Positions 1 through 13,320 of a stretch of 64,000 bases of DNA are shown here, piece after piece. Within the stretch, counting starts at the first letter, position 1. Every line of letters starts with the position of its first letter. The translations under genes and the position numbers were made by a program. The notes under the pieces were generated by a model that was not told the origin of the DNA, searched no databases, and saw only the letters and a list, made by a program, of their open reading frames with translations. This DNA comes from Tubiluchus corallicola (Eukaryota; Animalia; Priapulida), in contig JAQGDQ010000007.1 in assembly GCA_030141605.1 (NCBI GenBank), forward strand, positions 545,173 to 609,172, given 5' to 3'.

Positions 1-189
1 AGAGCCACAAAACCTTAAAACCATTGAGTGATAAAAACTATAGTGAGATGCCAGAATCTTAGATATTGTACATGATTGCCCCTGGATTATTAAATCGCTT
101 TAAGCTTACATTAAACATTAAAATCTTCATATGTTCGTAGGTTTTATATATATGTAAGGTTTTATATATATGTATTATAATATATAGGT

Positions 190-223
190 TATATATATAT
201 ATATATGGGTGTGTGGGTGGTTC

Positions 224-270
<47 letters not shown>

Positions 271-287
271 ACACGCGTGTGTGTGTG
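190..287. repeat. (TA)n/(TG)n microsatellite
   Basis: Read directly from sequence. Confidence 0.95.
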
Positions 288-949
288 CATACATTTATAT
301 ACATTGATCAGTAAAGGCCTCATTGATACACATGAAACATTAATCAGTACAGGCCTCTAAAGTGTTTATTGTAATGTAAACTAAAAGATGTGGTTATCAG
401 GAACAATATCCCAGCAGATTTCTACGCCATTTTAACAGATCTTGCATGCGTGCTAATATCTGACAATAAATTCAATTACTTGTGTCTTGAGTTGCAGGGC
501 AATCTCAAATCCCCTGAACTTATTGATGTGATATTAAAGGATAATGGTTTAGATAACGAGCTGGGATTATTCCAAATTGAATATAAGTTTGAACTCGCGC
601 TGTGGGCTCTTTAGGAGGCTGGGTGAATGAAGAAAATACAAGTGCAGAAACGAACAAAAGAAATGACAGACAGACAAACAAACAAACACAAATAGACAAC
701 AGCAAGTGACTGAAAGACCAGACAAACGAATAAATAAACAAATAAACAAACGAACAATCAGCAAAACAAATGGCTTGAATTATTAAATGCCTATAACAAA
801 CAGACCTTTTATTTAAAAATGTTGCTGCAATAGATAATCGATTGGTCGGACAATCAAATGCCAAAAGTAAGCAACAAATAATTAAGCTAATAAATAAGTA
901 TTGTTTATTGCAATAAATAAATAAGCAAACAAATGACGGAAGATGTTTT

Positions 950-1262
950 TTAGAGAAAGTGTAGAAAAGAAAGAACAAATAAACAAAAATAATAAACGAA
1001 TAATGAAGGAGGAAGGAAGAAGTAAAGGCGCAAAAAAGAAATCACCAACAAAAGTAACGAAAGGAGAAACAAAAAGGCAAGTAGAAAGAAAAAGAAAGAG
1101 AGGAAAAAAGAGTGAATGAAAGGAAGAAAAAAGAAAAGAATTAAGAAAGAAAAACAAAAGAAAAAGATGAACAAAATACGGCAGAAAGAAAGAAAAATTG
1201 ATAAAGGAAAAGAAAGGAAGATCACAGCACAATCGCAAACATCTAGAGCAAAAGAAAAAGAA
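950..1262. repeat. A/G-rich low-complexity tract
   Basis: Degenerate GAAA/AAAC reiterations; source of Phe/Leu-rich spurious ORFs. Confidence 0.8.
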
Positions 1263-2431
1263 CGCAAATGTAAGAACACTCAAATGAACAAATAAAATTT
1301 AATATTGATGATGTGATAGCTTAATGCAGGAAATAAATGCTCCATGAGTATTAAATCACTTTTGCGTGACATGGTTTGAAGCACCATTGCTCAAATAATG
1401 GCTCCCAGATCTCCTATATTCTCCATACATGATTTATGCAAAGTGCCATTTCACTCTGTTTTAAGTATTTTTATTTCTACTATTTTATGGTCTTGGGCAT
1501 TAAGTCTCTGATTCAATATGTATGAAAAGCGTCTGTCTGCCGAAATCACCGTCCATTTTACATGTAGTGACTGATGCATTCATTAATTCTAATCCCTTGA
1601 TTCGCACAAGCTCATGTTCATGTCGTAGGAAATGGCGATAAAAGCACGACAACTGCTGTCTGTCGGTGAAAATTTTACCCTGCAGCTGGTAAACTAATTC
1701 TTCGCTCCCTCGTTCTCCGAATCTCCGTCTTTTTCATCCACCATGCTACACCCTCCATTTTCCTCTCCCTTCTTTTGTCTCTGTCTCTCTCTCGCTCTAT
1801 CTGTTTGCCTCTGCCTCTGTCTCTCTTTCTCTTTCTCTGTGCTTTTCACTTCATTTCTCTTTTCGCATTTTCTTTACCTTTCTTTCGCTTTCCTTTCAAC
1901 AGTTTTTGGAATTTTAAATTTTGCTGTTTAATAAATGAAAAACTATTTTTCCCTGATGAAATTGTTTTCTTTCCTCTATAAACGCAATACCATTTAACGT
2001 TTCTCATTATTTCATGAGTGGAAATGACGCAGCGTTTGTCTCCCATTAGTTCTATAGGTGCGGTTTAGTGAACCGCACCTCGCGCAGCTCTTAATTATTT
2101 ATATTTTAATCTAACTAAATTAAAGATTAAGCGTTGCTACATTGTGCATTTGCCGGTATGAATATTAATCCTGTTATCAAGGGACGTTTACGAACAATTG
2201 CAAAGCCCATTAAGCGTTTGTGCAGAGACTGAAACAAATTAAACCCTCTCTCTACGTGTCGTCTAGCCAACAGGTATGCAGCGATGCAAAAACAGACTTA
2301 AAAGCTTTACTCGTCTACTTAAGTGGAGGTGACGAAAAATCCACAGCAATAGTGAAATTCATTTCTTTGTAGCATATCTCCAAATTCTTAATAATTATGC
2401 CTCGGCTCTACACATTATTACTACAGAAATA

Positions 2432-2646
2432 CAGAGTATTCTAGAAGAGACAGACCAGTAGACATGTGCTGAAATATGCCTTGGATGTTCCAAAATAAAC
2501 TTGGATTTCTGCATTACAACAACATATTGATGTAAAAATAACAGCCAGCTTACATCATTCCAATTTTTCATAACACTTAACTTTCTAGTAAAAAGTTGGT
2601 ATGCTTATATCATTTGTTAGTGCACGGTCTATTTTGGAACGCCCTG
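2432..2646. mobile_element. Degenerate Tc1/mariner-type MITE
   Basis: TA-flanked ends TACAGAGTATTCTAGAAGAGAC versus reverse complement TACAGGGCGTTCCAAAATAGAC (16/22 match, differences mostly transitions). Confidence 0.45.
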
Positions 2647-3681
2647 TAAATAGATTTAGATGTGTGGCCAAGCTGTTTTTTATGAAGTGCGCGTTTAGAT
2701 ACACAAGAATTAGTTTAGGTTGTTTATACATGAGGTAAAGTTTCGTTTTTGACTATATTGCCTAATCCCAAATACTGTGAACTTTCATAATTGCGAACCC
2801 TTCTACTCTGTCACATTCTGGTTAATTTAATACAAAGCGCGCGTGTCTATTAACTCTTTTTGTAACTAACAACTTATGATTTAAACAGCATCCTTGATAG
2901 GTTATCAGACGAGCTTAAAAACTGCGTTTTTCTCAAAACTACAGGTCAAACTATAATCAATTACAAAAGCAATTGTAAATGCTAACTGATCTCTTTTGCT
3001 AATTACGTGCACATAAATCAACATTCTTTTATTTGCTTGTTCATCTGTTCTTCTTTTGCGCTTGAGATTTTTCCTCTTGACTCACATACACCTTGCATCT
3101 GTCTGAACATGCGTCGATATATTTATCCATCTAACCATCCATCCATCCGTTTGAATGTTCGTTCGTCAATCCTCCTATCATCCGTTTACTTTCATAACAG
3201 TACGGCTTAGTACACATTTAGCATCTTCCACTAAATTATTCTACAGAAACAAATGTTTAATAAACGCTCGGTTCGTTTAAAATTTCATCGACTTTAATCT
3301 TTTTTTCTGAGTTGAAACGACGACTCATTTATCGTCGTTTTATGTCTGGCGTCGGCGCCATTTTCTCTCTTTAGCGCTGACATTTCTCTCATCATCCTAA
3401 TCTTTGTGGTGATTTGTTTTCAAACCAGATTGCCCATTTACTCTCTCGCTAATTGCCTGCGTTAATAATTAATAAGGCTTTTATTAATCACCTCAGAAAT
3501 GTTTGGGTGTTGCGCGCGCATGCTCCGCCATAAAGATGCGCTTTTGTTAACAGTTTGTTCTTATTGCCGATAAACGCCACTATTTGAACAAAAGTAATAA
3601 AACATTCAAGGTAACAAGATAACAAAGTTATTAAACGACATTTTGCGTAATATTGTTGCGCTCTTCTTGGTCCATCACTTG

Positions 3682-3801
<120 letters not shown>

Positions 3802-4346
3802 AATGTTACCAAAGGGAAAAACTTGAATATGTTTGTGGCGTGTTACCCATAGATATTAAATACAAAAGGATTGTTATTAAATTCCTGATCAAAACCATGT
3901 GCAATGAAGAGAATGATATAGTTAGGAAAGACTGTTGCGCATTGCTTGCGATGAACAGGTGAGAAATCATTATTTACACAATCAAATAGCTAACTTGGGT
4001 GAATTTTTAAAGGAGTGTAAAGCTTTTAATATTTGCACGGCTAACCTTAATAAAATACCTTATGAAATTTTATCGTATACCAAAATTTGAGATTAATTAC
4101 TTTGTAAACGATGGACCCAAAGGTATGTTATTAAATCGCAAATGGAAGGCAGAAATGCATATCAATGTATGCTAGCTTTAAAACCATTACAATTGCCAAC
4201 AAACTTAAATAGAAATATAGAAATAGCATGCCACAGCTTTCTTGTCTCTCTGTCTGATAGGTTAGTGTCTACGAAAAATTGTATAATGTTTGTATAGAAA
4301 TTTTTGCCTGCAAAAAGAGCCTAATAAAGAGTTATCATCATCATTA

Positions 4347-4469
<123 letters not shown>

Positions 4470-7400
4470 CACACGCGCGCGAACACACACTCTCCTTCCC
4501 TCCTCACTTCCCTATCTCCCACAGTCTTAGTTCCTGTAATATGTACATTAATACGCCATGTATCAAATTCTTATCCTACTGACATTAAAATGTTTACTGA
4601 ATGTAGTTTATACACGTTACAGTTATGATAACAATCGATATTTTGATTGTTATTTATAAACTCACAGAATTAACATTTGTCGTATTTCCGTCTATATTTT
4701 TACCCGGGTCTTATTCACTTGTAACCGTTGTACCGTTTTTAGCTCAAAATTAAAGCAATATAAGTCCTTATTGCCTTTAAAAAGCACCACAGTCACTTCT
4801 CTTTTTAAACCAATCGTCTAGTTTTCTTAAGCGTTTTCGAATGTATCATTGATTGTTGAAAACGTAAATTGGTGTAAATGATAGTATCAGTAACAGCCGT
4901 GGACGTTTTGCAATTTAGTGGCGCCATCTTGATGGAATTATTCTCAGAGAGCGTTTTCTTCAGCTTTATCCTAAAATTGCACCCGTCTCTTGTTGTCAGT
5001 CGAGCACAATAAGGAATAAAAAAATTGATGCGTTTTTATCGCCGAGCGCTTATGGCAGTCGAACAGGTGGACAATGAAACGGTGATATCTTACTGACTTG
5101 TACAAGATAAAGTCACAATGGGTGGGGGAAGAGCCGTGGGTTGATAATGACCGCACTGCAAACAAGCGATTTCAAAGCGTTTCCTAAGTACGAGCGCAAC
5201 CGACAAGCTCATACAATGCTCACCTATCATCAGATTTAAGCCATAGACCCGCACTTAAACCATAGACCGGTAATGCTCGACATATTTTCAACCAATTTGC
5301 TTTTATGGACGCGAAGGTAAAACAATATTTTCACTATTTTTGATAGCCTTTCAAGCGGGCAAAAGAAGCTTACGAATTGAGCGATAATTTGGCTGCCGTT
5401 TTCCTGCTCAATTCACGTATTTGGCATAATGTTTTGCGCGCACAATACGACTGGCAAACGTGGCATGAATAGATCTGCTATTGGTCACTGCACACCAATG
5501 CAAACCAATCAACAGACAGCTTAATTCCAGAATAACTGGCAGTTTACTTCTGAATTTATGTGCAAATAGGCTTAGCCAGGGTCATGAGCAATTTAATGTT
5601 CCTGGACAAATATTTAAATTATTCTTTAGGAAGTTGGATTGTTGATTTACCTGCTTCTAATGCACCTTAACACGAAACAACTTTCTCACATGAATTTCTA
5701 CGAGCAGTCGTTGTTTGGTATTTTTCTCTTGATTCTTTCCAAACTTACAGACTGCTAGTCTAGTGATAACTGTCTTCTTAGTTTTTACTTCGTTATACAT
5801 AAGTAGTACATAAATTTTAATGGAGCCTGTTATTAGCATTAGATGTCAGATTTCTCATTGTGAAAGCAATTTGGCTAATTTTGTTTTTTTTAAGTATACT
5901 CTCTTAATTCAATAATTATTGGTCCTAATTGTATAAACGTAGACTCGACAGCTATAATTATATTACATATACTCACAGTACATGTGCAACTTGTGAAAAC
6001 TTAAGATAATGTAGCGAACAAAAAAGGCAGAAACTGTCTTTACTTTTAAATAACTCATCAGAGTTATTTAAAAGTAAATCAGAGTAGGAAGTGAATCAGA
6101 GTAGAATGTGGGAAAAGCTTCTTTTACTAAGTAGCGCTTCCTTTTTACACGAAAAACATGCAGAAGGATTTCATCAATTCAATATTGCAAATGCCTGTTG
6201 TGTTAACAAGCTCACGGCACCAAATGTACTTAATAGCTTTGCAAAATTAAATATCAACCAGAATCATAGGCACTCTAACTATAATAGACTTTTCTTATCT
6301 AACTTTTAGGTAGCCCAACCAGACGTAAGTTGAAATCAGATTGATTTTTATTCTATTTTTCTGTTGCTATGCATGTATAATTCCGCTACTTGTCGTACAC
6401 CTCACATGGCGGCTGCACACTTTCTTGCTTTGCACCTGAAAATGGCAGTGTATAAAGAGTTATTTATTTTAAAAGACTGCGCATAACTTATCTGCCATAT
6501 AACAATTTTTTTGAAGGTGCTGTACAATTGAAAATATTTAGATAAAAGGCTAAAAAATAATACAATTAGATCTGTCTATACATCAAAAAATTTATTGATC
6601 ATTTAAATTTGAAATATTCTCTTATTTCAGTTAAAAAATTACGCACTGAAGAGCTCAACTAGTTGAGCGGTTATAGCTGGGCCGGAGCCTTGTTCATTAC
6701 TAACGATATTATATAGAATAAAAAACTGAAACGGTAGAGAAGTGTTAACCAACCCCATTCGTATTAAATATCCAGGAGATGAAAAAAAGAAGTGTTAACC
6801 ACATTTTAGGCACTATGTTTGTTAATCGATGGTCATTTCAGCTCAAAATGAAGCTATATGAAACGCCTATTATTGTAGCAACGCACTTCAAGCTTAAACT
6901 TACGCATGCAGTCTTAACAAAAGGAATCGAGGCTAAACAGGCAATTTATCCAACTTAACATCGCAGAAGATCTCTGCCCAGCCGTGATTATTTCAACTTT
7001 ATAAGCCATTACTTACATTGGCTTTATCAAAACTCGACAGATGGAGAGATTCACGGAGAAAGCGAAAAGGAAAACCGATAAGGGGAGCAGCTTGTTTGCA
7101 GGGCTTAATAGTAATGTCACATTTCAAAGCGTAAAGCAAAAATTATAATTTCACATTGCACCCTGAAGATGGCGCTGTACAAAGTGCGTGATGGCTTGTT
7201 GTCAGCATCATTGCTGTGTTACTTAGTCAAGCACAATCACCTCCTAAGGTACATCATCTCCTTCTCCTCTGGTTTGCTCCACCCCACCAATAATTGGGAC
7301 GACTCTTGTGTGCGTGCAGAGGTAGTTGGCGTAACAAAAATTCCTTTGGTACAGGAGAATAAAGTAATTTTCCGATTATAGTCTAGGAGAATTGCTCGCA

Positions 7401-8812
7401 ATCGTCTGCCCAACAATGAATACCATGGAGCAATTTTTCGCCTCTCTTGGAACGAGCTGCTCTGACGAGTTCTTTTCAATTTGTTTATCTTGACAAAAAC
7501 TTGCATTGATGCCGCAGTGATAAAACTGGCATTAACTTCACTATAGGGTACTAATTTTACAGAAAATTAGTAATAGAAACCCGAATCAAAGGTTCAGAAA
7601 TTTGTGAAATTATAGGATGCCGAACAGGAAATAATGTATTATCTAAACGTTTAGCTAATTGTTGGCAGGCAGGTGTGATTACAAACTGTGTAATTTTCTA
7701 TAATAGTTTTATCTTGCATGTTTAGATTCCATACGCAAGTTTTAGTTTTCTTATCTGTAACGCGTGCCTTAATAATAAAACGTTGAAAACAAAAACCCCG
7801 GGTAGCAGTTTAGACTTCGTACGTTAACACCGTCAACTGTTTCCGTAACATTTTTAAGCAACTTGTTGCAGAAAAATTTTGTCAAAATCGTTTGTCAGAG
7901 GTCACCTGATTTGCACCAAGGCTTCAAAGTGTTTGTGAGCAGTTCCTCCTGGTTCTTTTAGCGACGTTGGTCATTTACTAACACACATCTATATCAAACT
8001 GACAAAAGGCACTTATGGTCAGTATATAACTACGTACAGTTTAAGTTAAATTAAATTAAACTAATCAAGTCAAATCAAACCAAATCAAATTAAACTGAAT
8101 TAAAACATTCCTGTTAATTGCCGTTAATCCATGAACAAATGCAGGCATTTCAGCAGCGTGTAAAGAAAAACAACAGTATTCATGAAATGAACCAGGAGGG
8201 TCGAACATTCATGAATAAAAAATATTTTTTGATTTCATCGAAAGTATATTGTTTCAGAACAACACAGCATTTTTTAGGGATTTTGGCTTTGACTTCGTTT
8301 TTACGGAATCTCTACGTTTACCCAAGAATGATGTTTCAAAACTCTGTAACACTCACTGGAATTTCTATAGTGCTGCCACACTGCTGTTCCTCCGACCATT
8401 TCGACCATGAAAATATACATATTCCACGATTATCACGAGGACGCACAAAGAAATGATGTTTTACCAAAAAAATTTAAAGGTTTGTTTGTGTTTTTGCGCG
8501 TTAATGTGTTTGCATTGACCAATAATTCATGTACTTGCCAAGCAACTGCAACAAACTGTAATTACTGTAATAACTCTGTAAATAATGAGCCATAAAAAAC
8601 TTTGTTTTCATCGCGATTTATTGAAAATATTTGAGTAAAATTGCTTGTAAGCTTTATTGCCGTATTTTATTGCAACAGGCATTGGAATTCGGAAATGAAT
8701 CTATAGGTCTCTTATTTATAAATTTATACGAAAATGTGAGATTTATCGAATTTTCTATATTCTAGATTATGCTTTATTATAATCATAATGTCAAAATTAG
8801 GATTAGTAAACA

Positions 8813-8916
8813 CACAATTAGTCAAATTACGTTTTGATATGAAACTTGAAAGAAAAAATGCGTAAAATTTTTACTGTAGCCTGGATTTGAACGAGAGACT
8901 TTTTGCTTACAAGGCA
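8813..8916 (-). mobile_element. tRNA-derived SINE, family A, copy 2 (5' degenerate)
   Basis: Colinear with 57577-57676: CACAATTA, TTTTGATA, AAACTTGAAAGA, AAAATTTT, AGCCTGGATT, TTTTGCTTACAA.GCA. B box GTTCAAATCC on the minus strand (8883-8892). Confidence 0.6.
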
Positions 8917-10172
8917 TAGGGGATTAACTTTGGAACTTTGAATGAAGTTGTTTAAATTTGCAGAAATTGTGCTTACAGATACAGTTAGCTGATACAAACC
9001 AAAAAAAAATCTTGTATTATCTTATGTGTAACTCGCTTGTGAAGTAACTCTATAAAGTTGTTTGTTTTGCTGTACTGTTGTTGTTAATGTTGTAATTTTT
9101 GTTGTTGTTTTTCATGTAATAAATTTTAACAGTTTTTAAATATTGTGATGTCAGGCAGAGTTATTTCTCATTTTTACGTTATTTTTACATTTGATATTAT
9201 TCCACGTTTACACTTTTATGAAAAAAAAAACGGATAACGATAAATGGTGTTCTGGATGACGTATCCAGGTAGTTGCTTCTCCAATTCAATGTTTCACATT
9301 CCAGGTTAGTTTTTAAGCCATTGCTATTGCTCATTAGTTATTTATTAAAACGTTTCAGCTGTCTCTGCAGTTGTTAGCCATTGGATTTTCCAACTGTTAC
9401 TGTTAATGTTATGTTAATACAATAATACATCGTTGTTAAAACATACCTACACGTACTAAAACGAATAATCGCAGAAATCTAACCAAATCTGCTCTACTTT
9501 GTACACTCATACACTAATGCTCAAGGCAATGTGCTTCTCTATAACCCATTACCAGCAGTTGATAAAGTAATAGTTCATGTTACAGACACTCAGTAATGAA
9601 ATTAATGTCTGGACTTTATCAATTAACTACTACGCGTGATTGGCTATTGTTTTATTAATGCCTGTAGCGGTTGTTAGTTGAAATCAACTGGCTGCTTGTA
9701 GCATGCAAACTTTCAATTTAACCCCATCACGAGACGCTCATTACATTATAATGTCACTGATTGGCAGGTAAATAATTACACCTATTCAACCGCACTTATT
9801 GTCAGTAATAGGCCTTACTTGCTTTATTGATTAATAAAGGTATGGCAATTGCACATTAAAGCATATGCTCACCAGGTGCGCTAAAAACGCCCACCTCCGA
9901 TCTATAATTATTTAACGCTCTAGTTTGAAGATGACATAAGGTTGGAATCGAGACAACATAAGCTCTTCAGACATTGCAACAAAGAATTTCAAGACACCAG
10001 TAGCTTATTTAATTAGGCCTAAGTAGTTATTAATTTACACATGTATATGCGTAAATAAATAAGTACATGGATTGAATGAATGAATAAATGCATGATCAAG
10101 TAGACCTATAAATACATAAATATGTAATCACGATACAGTAGTTTTATTTTTTTGTTTTAGTAATAGAAATAG

Positions 10173-10509
<337 letters not shown>

Positions 10510-11140
10510 GGACTCGATCAGTAATTCTGTTTCAAAACGCCATGCAGTTTTGATGATTCAGGTAATACACTTTCATTTTCATTTTTACTTTTACTTATAT
10601 TTACTAATGTAAATTCATTGTTGCATGTATGTATGCTTTTTATGGCAATAAACTTAAAAGAAAACTTAAAAAATTAAAAAATAATATTATGAATACTTGT
10701 AAAACGAATAGCGTTAAAACTATAAACCTAGTTTTGAGCCTTTTAAATGCAAATCTTCTTGTTTAACAATCCGTTCGTCACGTCCGTTACTTGAGTTAAG
10801 CAATTTTCTGAAGCGTTCCTAGATAGCTTACACCACGCTTTTTAGTTGAAGGTTCTGCATGATATTTTTTGCAGAACTGACATGCCTACGTAATGAAGCA
10901 AAAAGTTTATAATCTATAAAAGCCTATAGTCTATGAAAATAAGTATGATTAATATACCAACATTTGCGATAACTTCTGAATTGAAACAGCGACATTATTA
11001 CGTTATTACAAATCAACAAACACTTTTCTGAAAAAAGACAGGATGATTTTTATATACTACTCATTTTCAAATTAGATCAGAAGTATACATTTTAACACAA
11101 TTAATACTGTAAAAGTGTTTCTAATAATTAAATAATAGAT

Positions 11141-11580
11141 TTAATTAACGGCGGGCGAGCCAAACTACTGATGACATCACAAACTAACTTAATTTTCAAC
11201 AGTAAAATTATTTCACGAGCTTGTTGCACATGTTTCCAAAGGCAAAAATTGAAGTGCAGTGCTACTGTAGGACATCCAGTGTGTTGTGCTAAAACTAGGC
11301 AAGTTTTAAGAAAAAATTCGATTTCAAATTTACCGTTGTGCTCCCGCATGAGCTGTCGAACGTGTGTAGTTCGTCACAAACTAACACATTTGAACTGAGA
11401 GCTACAGCACCGGTTTTTGTGCAATGCGTTTTCGAAATGCCGCCGCTAGTGAACAGGCGAATGACGAAATGCACGTAACAGCGAAGAATTCTTTCACATA
11501 AATCATTTTTGAAGAAATAGTATGTTTTCTTTCAATATTTTAAAGAGTAGACAGTTTTGACGTACAGCTTAAAATTGGGT
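11141..11580 (+). mobile_element. Unclassified dispersed repeat, copy 1 (~440 bp)
   Basis: Colinear blocks shared with the reverse complement of 16607-17061: TTAATTAACG.CGGGCGAGCC, TAATTTTCAACAG, TGTTGCAC, AGGCAAGTT, TGAACTGAGAG.TACA.CACC, AAATAGTATGTT..CTTTCAATATTTTA. Confidence 0.75.
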
Positions 11581-13245
11581 CAGGTTTTGCTTGAAACTTT
11601 ATATATATATATACGTAGGCTACACCACACTTTCTTAATTAAAGTGCTAAGCTAGCCTAGTCTTAAGTAGGCCTATATAATATGCTTGGGCTATAAAATA
11701 TTTAATTTTAATGTATTTATAATAGGTGATTCAACAAATATTTTGATTATTGATTTAGCCTACTAAAGCTGTCGAAATTTATTTTAATTTTTAATTTCAT
11801 ATTAATATTCATATTAATTATAAAATAATAGGCTCTACACATATTGATGTACATGGGGCAAACGAATTTTCAAATTTTTCTTTGAAAGACTGAGCTTTTC
11901 AATTTGCAAATTATAATGCAGCCATTGTATTCGAGCATCGAAACTGTAAAATAGTAATAACGCAAGATTAAATCCAATATTCATTTTAACACTTTTTTAC
12001 CTATAATGGCGTCGTGTGTGTTTTACTTATTACTTCATGCTTGTGAACTTTATTACATTAATTTATAGGGCAAGCAAATTTATTTCTCAAATGTCACGCA
12101 ATCGTTATAAGAGCCAGTCAGTGATTAATCACTCATTTTCAAGCATCAACCAATCAGCGTGTAGAAAAGTTTCGTGTGTAAAACGATAATTAACCCTCGT
12201 CAGCGACGCCATTACACTCGTAATGGCTGCCACTCAGCGCAATGGATGGTATTCAGGCAACATTTTTACACAGCTTTTCAAGTAGCAAAGCAAAGAACAT
12301 GGACCCCTGTTAAGAAATGTGATCCCTGTCCTTATGCAATCAACTTCAAGAATAGAATAATTGCCAAAAATCAGATTTTCGCCGCTGCTCACAAAGCCGC
12401 CATTGTGCGTCTGTTGTCAATGGACCTATTTACTCATGACGTCGGTTAGTAATCAGCCGCGATCACTCCGCGTTCAAGATGTCATAAGATTACCGGCAAT
12501 AGAGTAGACGATTACATAGCACGCTATTGCCTACTTATTACTGCGAGGGTTGCCGAGAAAAAAACGCTCTAAAAGAAGGGTGTTTCTAGCAAGATATTGC
12601 AAGATACTGAAGCGACATCTAGTTGATATTTCCACAAGCGGTAGGAACTTCTCTAGTTCACTAAAAGTACTACGCGCTCTTTTATTACGCCGGCGTAAAT
12701 CACAAATGGTTTAAAGGCTTAAATAAAATGCACAGTTGTCCCCACGATATCAACGCCCCCTGTGGATGAATTCGCCATTCTAAAAGCGTTTGAGCCCCCA
12801 GTGATTAGTTTGTTACTTGACGGTTTAATGTCCAATAGATTATGTCAATAAACGAGGCGGCTGCCTTATTTCCCATTACTCTAGCTTATTGCTTGTAATC
12901 TGCGCATACTTGCGCACAATTGTGCACAATAATTGAATAATTGTTGTTTATATAGCACAATCACATTCCAGCCATTCCGCTGTGTCTTCAACTCGATGCC
13001 AATTTTCATGAGAAAAGATGTTTGTTCGGCGAGCATTTCTGCACACATTAGGCTCTTCAAATGAGACTGCAGGTGGCGTGGCTAGGAGGGCTTTCGGTAG
13101 ACATTGAAGCCCAGAGATTTCAGCCATAAGGCCCTCGACCATCAGCAATGTTGAGTGATCAGGTGCCTTTAAGAAACAGGCACGGAACTGAAAAATTAAC
13201 AATTTCGAAAAAAACATTTTTACATTACACAAATGCTTTGCCTTT

Positions 13246-13320
13246 GTAGTTCGGTGGTGTAATCGTTAGCATAACTGCCAAGAAAACAGAAGGTCTTGGG
13301 TTCGAGTCCCTATGTTCGAA
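13246..13320 (+). mobile_element. tRNA-derived SINE head or tRNA pseudogene
   Basis: Pol III A box TGGTGTAATCG (13255-13265) and B box GGTTCGAGTCC (13299-13309) at tRNA-like spacing. Acceptor and anticodon stems do not pair properly. Confidence 0.6.

Noticed and set aside
13246-13320. Functional tRNA gene
   Set aside because: A and B boxes are present but the acceptor and anticodon stems do not form; kept only as a SINE head or pseudogene.
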